Positions 25,626-39,040 of a DNA stretch of 64,000 nucleotides are shown here, piece by piece (position 1 is the stretch's first letter; each line of letters opens with the position of its first letter). Made by a program: the position numbers and the translations under genes. The stretch comes from Ginglymostoma cirratum (taxonomy: Eukaryota): the NCBI GenBank assembly GCA_024137785.1, contig JAHRHZ010000267.1, positions 14,087,454 to 14,151,453 of the forward strand. The letters are read 5' to 3'. The notes under the pieces are model-generated. The model made no database searches and was not told the origin of the DNA. It saw nothing but the letters and a program-made list of their open reading frames with translations.

Positions 25626-27228
25626 AAAAGCTGCAGTATATATGATGATGCGGTCTTTGAACTGACCTATAATGTGGTGAATATGTATTTGTCCACCAAG
25701 GTTCCTGTTTTAAAGAAAAAGCATCTGGTTATGGAATCCTCTTTTTCATAAATTGACTTGTGTTACCTACTTTGCAACAGTGACTACAGAATGCATCTCT
25801 AGGCTGTGCAGCATTTTGTTATGCTTTGAGGACATCAAGGCGCAATAGAAATGCTGTGTTTCTTTTAAGTTAAATAACAGGACGTCAAGTTGAGCGTTGG
25901 CACGGAGCTAACCTTGCACCATCCAAATGTGGGGCAGCTTTGCGTCAGGCCACCAGCACACGGATGCCCCATCCAACTCGCAAGGCTATTATGGCAGGCG
26001 ACAATAAAGGAGCAGATACAAGGGCCTCCGTACAGATGAGAACCTGAGGCTAATTTATATCTGGCAGATTCTGCCAGTCCCAAGAGGCCCACACATGCTG
26101 AATCATTGCAAAATGCCTTTAGGAAGAGCAATTGAGTCTGTTCTGCGATGATATTGAATTCTTTGGAACTGTAGTTATGTACAGGAAAGGTTAATGAATT
26201 GCCGTATTGTTGGTCACTAATTAAACAGAGTTTTTATAAAGGCAAGAAGTAATGTGATTTCAGTAATTGATGTGAAATCGATATGTTGGAGTGGGGGCCA
26301 GTTCAAAAGCCTTGATTTTACCAAATCCCTACATTGTAAAGTCTAGCATGATCACTGCAAATCTGGTGTATCTTTTATCAAAATTCAGAACACAATAAGA
26401 TGTGAAATGATAGCTGTAAAGAGCCCGCAATAACACAGAATCTTAAGATTCTGCTGTTATAAAAATATGCCTGAAACAGCAGTGAATTTGCATTATGTTT
26501 GCTATACTAATGTATTGGAGTGGCATTGATGATAAACACGCGTTCTAGCTTTTGCATATTAATATTATCAGACGAGGGATTTCAGGGAATGGGTGAGGTT
26601 GAATTGCATTGTTTAACAAACCCCTGAAAATTATCCCTGGCGGTCTCCTTTTGAGTGCGTATGTGTGAAGGTCCTTTACAACTTCTTTGTTGAATTTAGT
26701 CAAAATAACTGAGCTTGGTTGAAAACCCTCGACTTTGTCCCTGTGCAACAAAGCGAAGAGGTAGGTGAGGGTGAATCACAAATCACTGCTAAGTCTGCAG
26801 AAAGCCATCAGCTCCAGCATCTTTTGCAGCACAGAGATATGGAAACATATGAAGAGATGTATAAAGCCAGCAATTTTGGAAATAACTCAATTTCTTTGGA
26901 GAGGGAGTGTTAATGTTTCAGTTGGATCACCTTTCGTCAGAACTTGAAGAAGTTTGAGAGGTAATAAGTTTGAGGAAAGTAGAGAAATGCAGAAATGTGG
27001 ACAGCGAGAAAAAGAATAAACGAGAAGGTATATGATGAGGGTAAAAGGCAGAAATGATCAAGTAGCAAAAACGAGGGTGGGGGAAGGGCAGAGGAGATAC
27101 TAATGAAACACAGGCAGAAACAAAAGATGTGACTAAATGAGCTGTAAATGAGAAATGCCAAATCACTTATAACGGCTGTCTGAAAAACGTAGGCCACAGG
27201 CCTTAATCAGAAACTGTTGAGCATAATA

Positions 27229-27326
27229 CTGAGATAGCAAGGTGTAGAGCTGGATGAACACAGCAGGCCAAGCAGCATCAGAGGAGCAGGAAGGCTGACG
27301 TTTCGGGCCTAGACCCTTCTTCAGAA
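27229..27326 (-). mobile_element. Penelope-terminus element, family A, with an intact hammerhead core
   Basis: Near identical to the 17250-17345 arm. Minus strand reads CTGAAGA A GGGTCTAGGCCC GAAAC GTC. Confidence 0.85.
27295..27326 (-). ncRNA. Minimal type-I hammerhead ribozyme motif (putative)
   Basis: CUGAAGA + extra A + stem II GGGU/GCCC + GAAA + loopless palindromic ACGU stem III + GUC triplet. Stem I is weak in this copy; activity untested. Confidence 0.6.
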
Positions 27327-28129
27327 ATGGGCGTACTGATCCAGCCAGTGTTAAGTGCATATTCAAAAAATTAAGTGCCACTCATGAAGCTTATAGAGTC
27401 ATAGATGTTTACAGCATGGAAACAGGCCCTTTGGCCCAACTTGTCCATACCACCCATTTTTCACAATAATATTGAGCTTCATGAGAATATTAAGCTGAGG
27501 ACAGGGAGGTCAATGTGACAGCAAGACAGAGAATTAAAATGACAATTGACTGAAAGCTCAAGGTCACATTAATGGATTGAAGGTAGCAGTTCCACCAAAG
27601 TGGTCACCCAATTGCATTTGGCCTCTCCAATGTAAAGGGCGACCACACTATGAGCAGAGCATGTGGTACACTCACTTAGAAGAAGAATGATTGCTGTTTC
27701 ACCTGGGAGATGTATTTGGGAACCTTGACAGTGGGAAGGGAGGAGTAATGAGACAAGTATTCCATTCTTGTCTTGTATGGGAAGTTTTCCTCTGAAGAGG
27801 TGAGGGCAAGGAAGTGATTGAATTGCGAACCAGGGTATCATGAAGAGAGCTCATGTATTATGCCGTTTCCTGCTATTACCACCAACTGAAAAGTTTCATG
27901 ATCTTTGCTTCCAATTTGCAACCTTACTTACCCATGCCTTCATCTGAACTTTCTTTGTTTCTCCTTACAAATGTTTCCATTCTTGTGCATAATTTATGGG
28001 CCAATGTCTTATGTATGCCAACCAACTCCCTGTGTTTCCTTGATTACAGTCCCTAACTGTATTCTTCTTATCCAAACTGGAATCCATTCTCCTAAATTCT
28101 CCTTTCCCATTGTTTATGTCTGATTGTGT

Positions 28130-29105
28130 TACCTCATGAGTATGTTTTTCTCAGTCAAAACTTCTTCCATCAAGGTTGACAGGCAATTCATGTCGGTTCC
28201 ATTTACTTCACTTCTGCTGCCATTCCCTTCACCTCCTTCCCAGAACCGTAATAGTTCCTGTTGCCCTCACCTTACATCCCACCAATCTCCAGAACTGCCA
28301 GATCACCCATCACCATTCCCAGTAACAACATGGCACCACCAGATACCTGCTTCTCTTGCTTTTTATCATTTTGAAGGGGCCAGTCCTTCTGCAACACTCT
28401 GGTCTGCCTCCCTCCCATTCGGACCTTGCCATGCAAGTACGAGGGATGCATCACCTCCCCCTTAACCTTCTCCCTTCCTACCATTTAGAGCCCCAAACAT
28501 ATTTTCGAGGTGAAACAGTGATTTATTTCCTTAGTTCTCAACTTGGCATGTTCTGTCTGCTGCTTGTATGTATTCTCCTTCATATAAACATAAACATGAG
28601 CTTTCAGTTGCCTGTTTAATTCTCTGTCCCATTCCATCTTCATGTCCTGTTATTGATCTCCTACACTTTTAACAGCACATTGTCTTTTCTTTAGGCACTT
28701 TGCAGTCTTCCGGACTCAATATTACGTTCAACAATTCAGATCCTTTGCCTCTTATATCGTTGCATCTTTTCGAGACTTATCTTTTGTTTCCTTGTTTGTT
28801 CTATTGCCATTTCCTTTTGCACTGTGCTATTCTCCTTTGTAATTTAATGGCTTCTCCCACACTATCAAAGGCCTAACTGTTTTATTCTTTCACCGCCCAA
28901 ACCAACCACGTTTGCCTGTCCCACCACTTTGTCTCTGTACTTGCTTAAAACCGGCTGCATTTCTAACTTTCTTTCCAAGTCTGACAAAATGGCATCAATC
29001 TGCAAAGCTAGCTCTGTTTCTGTTTCCACAGACATTGCTCAACCTGCTGAGTATTTGCAATGCATTTCATTTTTATTTCAGGTTCCTAGTATTGATGCTA
29101 TCTTG
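28130..29105 (+). mobile_element. Decayed Penelope-like element: EN region and 3' terminus
   Basis: ccatttagagccccaaacatattttcgaggtgaaacag.. is the inverted homologue of 27690-27750; ends in a cacagac..cctgctgagtattt..tttcagg terminus. Confidence 0.65.
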
Positions 29106-30458
29106 CTGTTGCACTGGAACAAAATACTCCCTTTATCAAGTACCTGTCAGTTGCTTTTTACACGATGGGTGTGCAGGCAACAATTGACATGCAGTTCCTT
29201 CAATGTGGGCCGCACGCCTCGTATAAAATGTCCAAGGGAAGTATGTGCATACCTGAGACCAGTATTTACACAGTGGTGCCCAGCGTAGATATTGGGTCTG
29301 ATGCAAAAGACTTATTTGCAGAAGGCAACACAACAACCCGAAGGGAGTATAATACACAACACACTGGTCTGCAAAAGAAAAGTCAGTTTAAAATTGTCAC
29401 ACGTTTCACAGGAACAAGTTCTTTGGCAACTTCAAGCAGCAGTATGGAATAAGACCACTTGTATGAGCCAGTAAGGATGTAAAGGCAGGTTCCATCATGA
29501 CAGGAGTCAAAACCATAGATTTTAGGAGGGGATCTTCAGTCTTTATCATTGAGACATAATTTAGATTGAACCCATCCATCATATTGCTGCACAATAACTA
29601 CAAGAGAATAGGTCTCAAATCTTGTTCTGAACAAAGGTAATAAAGACTGTTTTAAAACCCACTACTCTTCAAGCCATTAAATGTGAAGCATTTTCACATT
29701 TACACTGTGCAGTTGTCTCTCTTTTGTGAAGATCGACAAAGAAAAGACCATTTCTGAGTGGATGCCTAGAATACATTTTAGCCAATGATGATGCCAACTT
29801 GTGATGCACATAATACAGTAAGTGTTGACGTTAAACTTTCTACTTAATTAGATAATAGCAGGATGTTGTGAAGCAGGCAGTGCTACGTTACACATTGAGT
29901 AAAAAGAAATGTGTGGTAGAATTGTAGATCTGTTGCACGTCTCAATTCACCTGTCTGCATGAATGATAATTATAGGATCTCATCTGAAAGTACTGCTTGC
30001 TTCTAATATGTTTATCTGAAAAACTTTTTCTGTTGTGTACTGCATGTATCCAGAACAAACCTATTAGCCTGACAACACTGACTCACTTAGATTAACCTTT
30101 TTATGATGATACTGCCACAATTATCAGGGCAGCTGCATTAACATTTGATTTTTTTTCAAAAGTAGAACCGTGTGATGTATTTAATAGCTAGTCTTCAAAA
30201 TGGTTTGACCTGATTTTCTGGTTAGCTGCATAAAGTGAAATAACGTGGAGATAATCTGCCTTTTCAAAGACATGGGACCAGTTGGTTTACATTTCAACCC
30301 AAATACAGTATTCATTGATGGATGTAGAAGTTATCTAATTTAGGTCATCAAGGTGACCACGTAAGTGAGGATTACACTGGCTCAACAATTGCTTCTTGAG
30401 CTCTTAAATAGATGGAATCTTTTGCATGTTAAAGTGTGACAAGCCTTGGAAACTGTTT

Positions 30459-30674
30459 AAAAACCGAAAGAACTGCAGATGCTGTAAATCAGGAACAAAA
30501 ACAGAAGTTGCTGGAAAAGCTCAGCAGGTCTGGCAGCATCTGTGAAGAAAATAGTCAGAGTTAACGTTTCAGATCTGAGGAAGGGTCACCGGACCCAAAA
30601 CGTTAACTCCGATTTTTTTCTTCACAGATGCTGCCAGACCTGCTGAGCTTTTCTAGCAACTTCCTGTTTTTGCT
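30459..30674. mobile_element. Penelope-terminus hairpin element, family B
   Basis: Inverted arms about 30495-30569 / 30598-30672. Centre CTGAGGA-A-GGGTC-ACCG-GACCC-aAAACGTT (30575-30604). Confidence 0.85.
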
Positions 30675-32384
30675 CAAAATCTATTTCCTGACCAAACTTC
30701 TGGTCTCCTCGCCTAATGCTCTGTCAACTTTATACCCAATACTTCCTGTGAAGCATTTCCATTGTGCTAAAGAGTCTGTATCAATATAAGTTGCTGTTGT
30801 ACGACTGTGCTCTTTTTATGTGCCCTATTATTTCACTTCCATTAGAAATGTGACATGAATTGGAAAGTCTCTGCTCCCTTGTTATAGACACTCAGTAAAC
30901 CATTGCTAATGGAAATCATTTATTTAGGCAACAATTTCTGTTCTAGAGCATAAAAATATATTAGACTGTTCACGCTTTGAAATTTTTTAACTCGTGATGC
31001 AAACAGCAAAAGCAATAAAGGGATATAAAAAGAAATTATAAAAGACAGAGCTTTAGAAAGGGGAATATCACACCATTGTAGGTTCCTGCCAACTCGGAAA
31101 ACTTAAAAATTTCAGATAGGTCTAACCTTGATTGTATTATTTTATAGAGAGCTTTTATAAAATTTGTAATGTCAGCCGACATTCTTTAACCAGGTGTCAT
31201 GACGTCTTTTGTTAAATCAGACAGTGCAATAAGGAGCGTAGACCTCATCTCACATGCAGTCTGGAAGGAACTGCCAACCATGCATTATATATGTGTCAGT
31301 GCAGTTCACAAGAACACAATTTATCCATTATAGCGCTTTGAAATACGCTACTCATCCATTGAGTTATGCGTTTTCGTCAGATTTTGTGGAATTGCGTTTT
31401 TTTAAGCTGCTTTAACTACACACTGTAGTTGAAGGCAGATGTTTAATTCTCTCCATTGATTTCTGTGCATAGAGCAAACAGACTGAGGTCTCAGGAATAA
31501 ATCAGGGAAATCTGATTCCGCTGGTGGGTGAACGCCGTCAGTTTCAGCAATGAGAACCTGGGGAATTGGCCTCATGCGTTGGTCTCCAGGTACCTCCAGA
31601 TTCAGAGCATAGCCCATTGTGAAACTGGAAGTGGGGGAATGAAACATAAGAGGCTGCTGTCCTGCACTAGGAAGCTTGGATTGGTAAAATTGGATCATAC
31701 AATGGGACAGTGCAGTCCAGTACATTCACTTGCAAGACAGTTAACAGTAGAGTTTTCTTCCACTGAAGCAAGGAGTGGGGTCAGCATTGCCTCTTCGGGT
31801 CTAGAGTCGGATTTCTTTCTTGTTATCTTGGGTATAATAAAGTCTTGGGACAAAACATATAAAAAGCGGCTCATAAAGGTGAAGCTACAGCAGCTATTAT
31901 GTCTGATGCAGTACAAACCAAGTGACAGCACCATTGGGAATTCTGAGTTGATGGATCCTAGATATTTGAGGAAGCACTTTCTATCAATCTTTTAGTCTGG
32001 GAAGATTTAATTTATAACGGCACCTGCCAAAATATTGCTAATAGCCTTTAAAATTCCAAAATGTACTGTCTGTCACATGTATATCTCTGCCAATATTTGC
32101 AAGATTCATTGCATTACATGCCAAAGGAAGGGACAGGCACCGCCTATTTTTACGTTTGGACTCTTTGAACAAAAAACTGCCTGTAGGAACTGAGATACTA
32201 GCACACTTCAGAACTAAGAAAATTCGTACCTGTCATTCCAGTGAAGTCGTAAAAGACTGACGGTCATTCTGATTCATTGTGGAATTCTGGAATATTTGTT
32301 TCCTGTTGGAATAGGAATCAGTGCACCATTTCAAGAATTGTACTGTACTATTTAATCTTCACCGGACATCTAACTTCAAAATCA

Positions 32385-32745
32385 AAACAAATAACTTGCA
32401 TTTTGCAGTGCTTTTCGTGACTACTGGGTCCCTCAAAAGGCCTTTGTAGCAGTTTTGAATGTAGTTTTTGATGCAACATAGGAAACAGAGCAGCTAATTT
32501 GCGTAGAACAAACTTCCACATGACCACATGTGGTAATGACCGCATCATCTATTTTGATGATTTTGATTGGTGAATAAACATTGGCCAGGACATCGGAGAT
32601 GATCCTCCAGCTGTTCTTTGAGGTATTGTCTTGGGTTATTTAACATTCACCTAAGCTTGAGGATGGGACTCGATTTTAATGTCTCAACTGAAGGATGGCA
32701 CGACCTCTCTGAAAGTGCTGCACTCCGTCAGAGTCAGGTTTGATA
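32385..32745 (-). mobile_element. DeuSINE-like (SacSINE1-type) SINE
   Basis: taaacattggccaggac..tttaatgtctcaactgaagg..gtgctgcactcc; paralogous to 43710-44060 and 56025-56430. Confidence 0.65.
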
Positions 32746-35700
32746 TTTATGACAACTCAGATCACTTTCAACATGGAATTGACTAGCTTCACACAGTTTT
32801 GTCGCAAGATGAATTAGATCACAGGGATTAAAAAAAAAAGCAATAACAATAAAACTGGAAAGTCAATCATTTAAAACATCGATGTTATGAAGTAAAGCTC
32901 TGGATCAGAGATAATCTTTGCCTGTCTGTCTGTACTTTTTACATCCACATGACTTGAAAGCCTACAGGCCATTACAAGTTGATTGGCATCGAATTCTAAT
33001 TCCATTAAGAACTCTGGGATATTTGCACTCCCTTTGGTCTGCACATTAGTGATTTGAGCTGCTTCTGTCAGGGGAGACTGCAGTGACGGTTAGGTTATTA
33101 TATCCAACACATCCAATCTCGCATTTCTAGCAGTAATTCATTTTTTATCATTTCATCTACCCAGTAAAGGATATGTTTACTTCTTATCCAACTGCAGTAA
33201 TTAACTGCTCCATTGGGAATATAAATGAACAGTCTTTTTGTCACAGGATGGCTGTGTCGCTGTGCATTGCAGTTTTCAAAATGGTGCTTTTATATCTTTC
33301 AACAAAGAGCACAGAGAGTCTGTCCTTCTAAATCAATAGTTAGGAACTGATGCACATTGTTACTGATGATGGTGCTGTGTCCCCAGTTAATGAGAAATGT
33401 CAATGTGCTGAGCCTTTTAAGGGGGAAAAAAGTTCCGGGACAATGAGTATAAACAATTAACACATCCATGTGAAATTCACCTCCCCCTCAATTCAAGAAT
33501 TAAATCATTTATTTTGAATAAGCAAATTCTCTAAAATTAGCACAAAGGAAAATTTCAGATGATAGGTAGGATGATGTAGTTAGAAATAGACACCTTCCAG
33601 TGATTGAGAAATCTAAGATTAAACATAAAATATTTGGGATGGAGAACTAGAGTTTCTTTTTAACACAGAGGGTTTGTGGGTTTGTGACTGAAGCAGAAAA
33701 TAATAGCATTTAAGAAAAGATTAGATAGATGTTTTCAAAGTGAAATGAAATGCAAGGTAAACTGTTGATGGGCCGAAGGGCCTGTTCCTGTGCTGTATTG
33801 AATATTGTGAATTGTGAAAGGAATGGTGCAAGAACTTGCTAACAGGAACTTGCTTGTGTGATGGATAAACAAGTTGAACTTTTGTGTTGAACGACCTATT
33901 TCTATGTTGTAATGTCTGTGTAACACTACAGAATTCTTTGTATTATGCATCACAGCTGGCAACCAGTCAATTCTTTTAAGGTTTGCAATGCTGTTTGATT
34001 ATACACTGATGAAAAGAACGGACATAATTGTCAATCATTAGAAATCTCACGGGCAGCTAAAAGCTAGTAATCAGGTGCTTCTGTGTCTCTGAACTCCTGT
34101 TATAATACGGGCACCTCTGCTTTTCCCACACACAAGACAATGGGTCAATATAACCACGGCTCCCATTCACAGCGGCATTGTGACTGTGGTCAGTATTTCA
34201 CTAGTTAGGACAGGACAGCTGAAACATAAGCCGCACAGAGACAACAGTTTTCTTTCATTGAGTACACAAATGGTTGACTACTGCACGTATTGATTTCCCA
34301 CTTCTAATCAGCAGGCGCGGTGGACTAATGATCCCCTTTTCTAGAAATGAGGAACAAAAACTTTTGGTGAAGCCGGTTTGATATCCCGATACCTCCATTT
34401 TGTTTGAAGTGGTCACAACGTTTTGTAATGACGTTGTCTTGAACTTTATTTTTCTCCATTGTTTGACATTAAGCATATGCTGTTTGCAGTGAAGTTATCA
34501 TGAGGAAACTTCACCAAAATGGCCCCTTTGGCATTTTTCCTTCTTTGAAAGAGACAGCTTAAACTGCCATGAACAGCAGTCTCTTTTAGACTTTATCATC
34601 AATTTTAATTGTGACAGAAGGAAAGACATATATTCTGCAGAAGGAGACAGCAGGGGCGCAGGCATATAACCTGAGAAACATTCATTGGGAGTGAAAGGCC
34701 AGCTACTTTTGAACTTACGGTCACTGTCACAATGTAGTAAATAAATGCTAAAAATATGTAGCCGATTTAATAGGCATCCCACAGAAATTATCCAGATGCA
34801 GCCCTTGTATGGCAGTTTATGATATGTGCAGATGAATGTTTACGTTTGGCATTCCTGTATGTGAATGGAGTTAATTGGCTTGAGATAAATATTTAACATT
34901 ATAGGTCGGAAATATCCTCAGTCTTCTCACCATTTGAATTAGTAAAGCTTGCAAATTATCACATTTCCCACTTTCAACAAAAGTATCTGGATCATTACAT
35001 GTAAGAAATTTTAAGGCTTGCGAAAGTGCTTTTTACATAGTATGAAGCTGTCAGTTTTTTTAGATGGTTTTAATGGTTTACCTAAAAGCTTTTGCCGAAA
35101 CCTCATAATGCATATAATTCAGAAAGGTTGCATGCCTTAGAGGATTCATTCCAACACAGCTAGAATCTATTTAAAATAAAGGTATAATCTATAGTTTTTC
35201 TTAATGAAATCGCACAAAGCTATCTTAAAAATCTATTTGATTTTACACCATCTCTGGTCAAAACATGCTAGTGGCTCTCTAGTTTTCCCCCATTCAGGAG
35301 AGTTAATTAATAACTTCAAAACTCAACTTGGCTAAACAATCACTGATATACTACCCAGTGGCTGGAATGCCTTTTGCAAGGCTTATCTACCTGTAGGCCA
35401 TTTGTAGCATTTAAGCGATCATTTAATGGCATTGAACCAACAATGGATGAAGTCTACACCAAATGGCTAACCCGCCCAAGCTGAAAATTGGAAGTGGGGC
35501 CAGGGGCGGTACCTCCTTAACTTGCTGTCTGGGCCCATTGGAGGAACCCACACAACCACAGAGTTACTCACCCGAAGAATTCCCTTTCCCTCATGGTCTC
35601 TCGAACCCCGACTCCTGCCCACTTCACAGGAGTCCTCCCTGATCGTAGAGTTCGGATCCTTTGCTGAACCCCTTCCGGGTGCTGTGCCAGCAGTGAGCAT

Positions 35701-36173
35701 GTTATGCTATCAGTACATGAGATCAGCCGGGCTTGCTTGAGGTGGCACTTCCTGCTGCTACAGGGTGGGAATCCCCCCTCCATCCTATTTCACGTCACTC
35801 ACTTTGCTGATGGATGGATGTGGGGCAACCGTTCTCCCATGAGTGAATGATCCCTGGAAGTTTCCCTTTTTTTAACCAGGGTGGAGAGGGTGGGGGGATC
35901 ATGTATGGGTCAGGTCAGCATGAGGGTGTGAGGACTGTGATGTCTTCTACAATTGACCACTGAATTCCCAAGATTTTTCGACACAATGGTATGATGGAAA
36001 AATGGCTGTCCTTCACCATCCCCCCTACCCCAAACCATACGTAAATAACCAGGAAATTCCCATTGGAAAACATGGGAGGGTGGAGACAAGATCTGGACAT
36101 GTGTATACCAACTTCTCGTTGTGTAGTGAAATTCTTTATGATTACTTTTCACCTCGCCATTAATAGGCAGGAC

Positions 36174-36530
36174 CTACAGAGACATATGCATGTAGTCCTG
36201 TCCAGCCTGTACTACTGAGAATCGTGCCACCCAGACAAAGCTACATGACCACCCGTCCAGCTTCTCTCTGATTAGAGAGAAAACAATGAACTCACAGTTC
36301 TCCTTGTGTTCATAGCCTCCAGCGCAACTTAGATGTAGCATTGGAATGGTGAACTGGGAAATGTTGGCATTGTCATCAGTTTGTATTTGAAAGGTCCTGG
36401 TTTGCATTGAAGTTGAGATTGGCATTGGCTTTGGTGGTCACTGGCTGCTGTCAGACTATAACTCTTGTGAAGGAAGTGGCACCCTTCTTTGACCACATCC
36501 TTAGTGAATTGCAGATGCTTCAAGCACTGC
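36174..36530 (-). mobile_element. Fossil PIF/Harbinger transposase fragment (HARBI1-like)
   Basis: Frameshifted minus-strand peptides LQFTKDVVKEGCHFL and TRTFQ..DNANISQF..EFIVFSLIREK..VARFSVVQAGQDYMHMSL resemble Harbinger RLRF..V..LC..L / GSFQ..D...ISQ / GFP.VQGAIDCTH. Confidence 0.6.
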
Positions 36531-38029
36531 TCCTAGTATTAGCAGCCCTTCGGCAGGCAGGCGCTTTTCTGGAGAGTGCTCCTCCTTTCCTTCACCCCTC
36601 TGTGCAGAGATTCCCTTCTCTACTTCCTGAGTTGGGTTCTCCTGTTGCATTGCAGACCCGACGGAACCATAAAGAGCATTGTAAGGGAGAGATGTGTCAA
36701 GTGCCATTGACAGAATTCTAGATTTGGCAGCAAATGCAGCTGAAGGCATGGTCACTACTTGTGAAGTTATTAAAACCAACTAGGGATGCACAGTTTGCAG
36801 GATTTGAACTGGAGGAAGTGGGAATTTATTTTTCACCTCTAGTAGAGATATGGCTATATGACTGTTTCAGCCAATGACAGGACATAACAAAGCAATGGAT
36901 AAACTTGAATAAACTCAAATGCAATTCTTTTGTTTCTAGCATTCTGTCTTTTTACCCAACTCCAGCAGAAGCAGCAGTTTCATCACTGTATTCTAAGTGG
37001 AAAATAATTTTGCCTTTGGCAGATTTCTCAATGAGAAGGAATTTAATTTTCTAATTATACTTTGCCAAATGGTGCAGTGATGAAACCTAATACAGGCAAA
37101 ATGTCAGGGTTTTTTTGAAGCACTTATACCCCCGTTGAATGTTAAGTGAGAGAAGACAGGGTTCTTTTTGATTACACAGATGGATGGCTGCATGTGGGCC
37201 TCTAATCATTGATAAAATTGGGAATAGTTGAAAAAGGCTGATAGGACTGTCAGCTTTTTCTTAAAAATCTGTCAATAGCAATTGAACATTTGTATAGCAA
37301 TTTACCCGAGAGCTGATGTTTAAACTTTCAAAAAAGTAGCGTCTACAAAATAGAAAACGTAGGCTGGATTCTCCATTACATCCAGATTATATGACCATAT
37401 TTTTGCGGCCAAAGATCACGTTCAGTCTGCCTTCATCCACCACTAATCCCGGCGTAGAACTGTATGACATTGCAGATTGATGTTTTGGTCATTTTCCTCA
37501 CTAGAGCCTGCTTCTCCAATCTTCAAAATTCTGAGAAACAAAAGCTTATAATGTCTTACACTAGATGGCTTACTCCCAATGGGTGGATGTCTCCTCTCCC
37601 CGGGGATAGCAAGAAAGAAAAATAGTTGGGTGAGTTGATGCTGGTGAGATCTTTGCCATCTCACTGATTACGTTCTGGGCAAGAATGTCTATGGGCAACC
37701 TTTTCACCCACAACCAGTTAAGGTGCAGAAGTGGTAAATTAGCAGCCTGCCTTCTAAACAGCCAAGTATCTAACCATAAATCTTTGAAGATCTGCCTGGA
37801 TAGGCCTTCATTTGCCAGTCTGGGGGCAAACAGAGGCATAGGTTGGAGGCGGTGGCCTCTGAAAACGACCCCTAGCCCTTGTCTCAAAGCTCCTGGCACA
37901 CCGCACCCCCCCACCCCCAGCTGAAATATTGCAGGAAGTTTTAGCATGCGACCTCCCACAGGCAACAGTTCCTTTCTCCTCCTTCTTCCCCCACACCTCT
38001 CCAAGTCTGTTTCTCCACCTCTGGTGGAG

Positions 38030-38061
38030 GTTCCTATAACTAATTAGTTCCTATAACTAAT
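38030..38061. repeat. 17-bp-period tandem duplication
   Basis: gttcctataactaat ta gttcctataactaat. Confidence 0.85.
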
Positions 38062-38104
38062 GAAAAAAAAGTTCAAAGAAAGCAAGAAAAGAAGCTGCAC
38101 AGGA

Positions 38105-39040
38105 GGCATGGTTAGTAAGTTTGCGGATGGCACCAAAATTGCTGGCAAAGTGGACAGTGAAGAATGTTATCTAAGAGTACAATGGGATCTGTATCAACTG
38201 GGCTAGTGGACCAAGGAATGGCAGGTAGAGTTTAGTGCAGATAAGTGCGATGTATTTCATTTTGATAAGACAAGATAAGACAAAGCAGGGCAGGACTTGC
38301 ACAGTTAATGGAAGAGTACAGGGCAGTGTTATCAAACATAGAGACCTAGGGGTGCAGGTACATAGTTCCTTGAAAGTGACATGACAGGTAGACAGGGTGG
38401 TGAAGGTGGTGTTTGACACACTTGTCTTCATTAGTCAGAACATTGAGTACAGGAATTGGGACATCATGTTACAGCTCTAAAAGACATTGGTAAGGCCACA
38501 TTTGGAATACGGCATTCAATTCTGGTCACCTGCTATAGAAAGGATGTTACTAAATTGGAAAGAGTGCAAAAACAATTTACAAGGATGTCACTGAGACTGG
38601 AAGGTTTGAGTTATAAGGAAAGCCTGGATGGGCTGGGAATTTTCTCCCTAGAGCGTAGAAAGCTGAGAGGTGACTTTAGAGACAATTATGAAGTCATAAG
38701 GGGCATAGACCAGGTGATTTACCAAGATATTTTCCCTAGGGGAGGGGAGTCCAAAAGTAAAGAGCATAGATTTAAGGTGAGAGCGGAAGATTTAAAAGGG
38801 GCCTCAGAGGCAACTTTTTCACACAGAGGGTGGTGCATATATGGAATGAGTTGCCAGAGGAAGTGGTAGAATGGGATACAGTTGCAACATTTACAAGACA
38901 TTTGGATAAGTATATGAATAGGAAATGTTTGGAGTGATATGGGCCAAATTAAGGGAAATTGGATTAGTGCAGTTTAGGAAACCTGGTCGGCATGGATGAG
39001 TTGGGCCGAAGGACCTGTTTCCATGCTCTAAGACTCTACA
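38105..39040 (+). mobile_element. CR1 LINE 3' end (5'-truncated)
   Basis: SKFADGTKI motif; CYRKDVTKLERVQKQFTRM..GLSYKESLDGLGIFSLERRKLRGD; tail gggccgaaggacctgtttccatgct. Confidence 0.9.

Larger units (their letters stand above)
26890..27850 (-). mobile_element. Decayed Penelope-like element: GIY-YIG endonuclease end and 3' terminus
   Basis: Minus ORF remnant CSAHSVVALYIGEAKC (YIG motif). Terminal hammerhead-like gttCTGACGA..GAAACATTAAC at about 26909-26944. Confidence 0.7.

Noticed and set aside
31528-31995. 155-aa ORF (and 6629-7108, 3016-3606, other short ORFs)
   Set aside because: Non-ATG starts or repeat-derived/antisense sequence, no domain or codon bias; lengths expected by chance.
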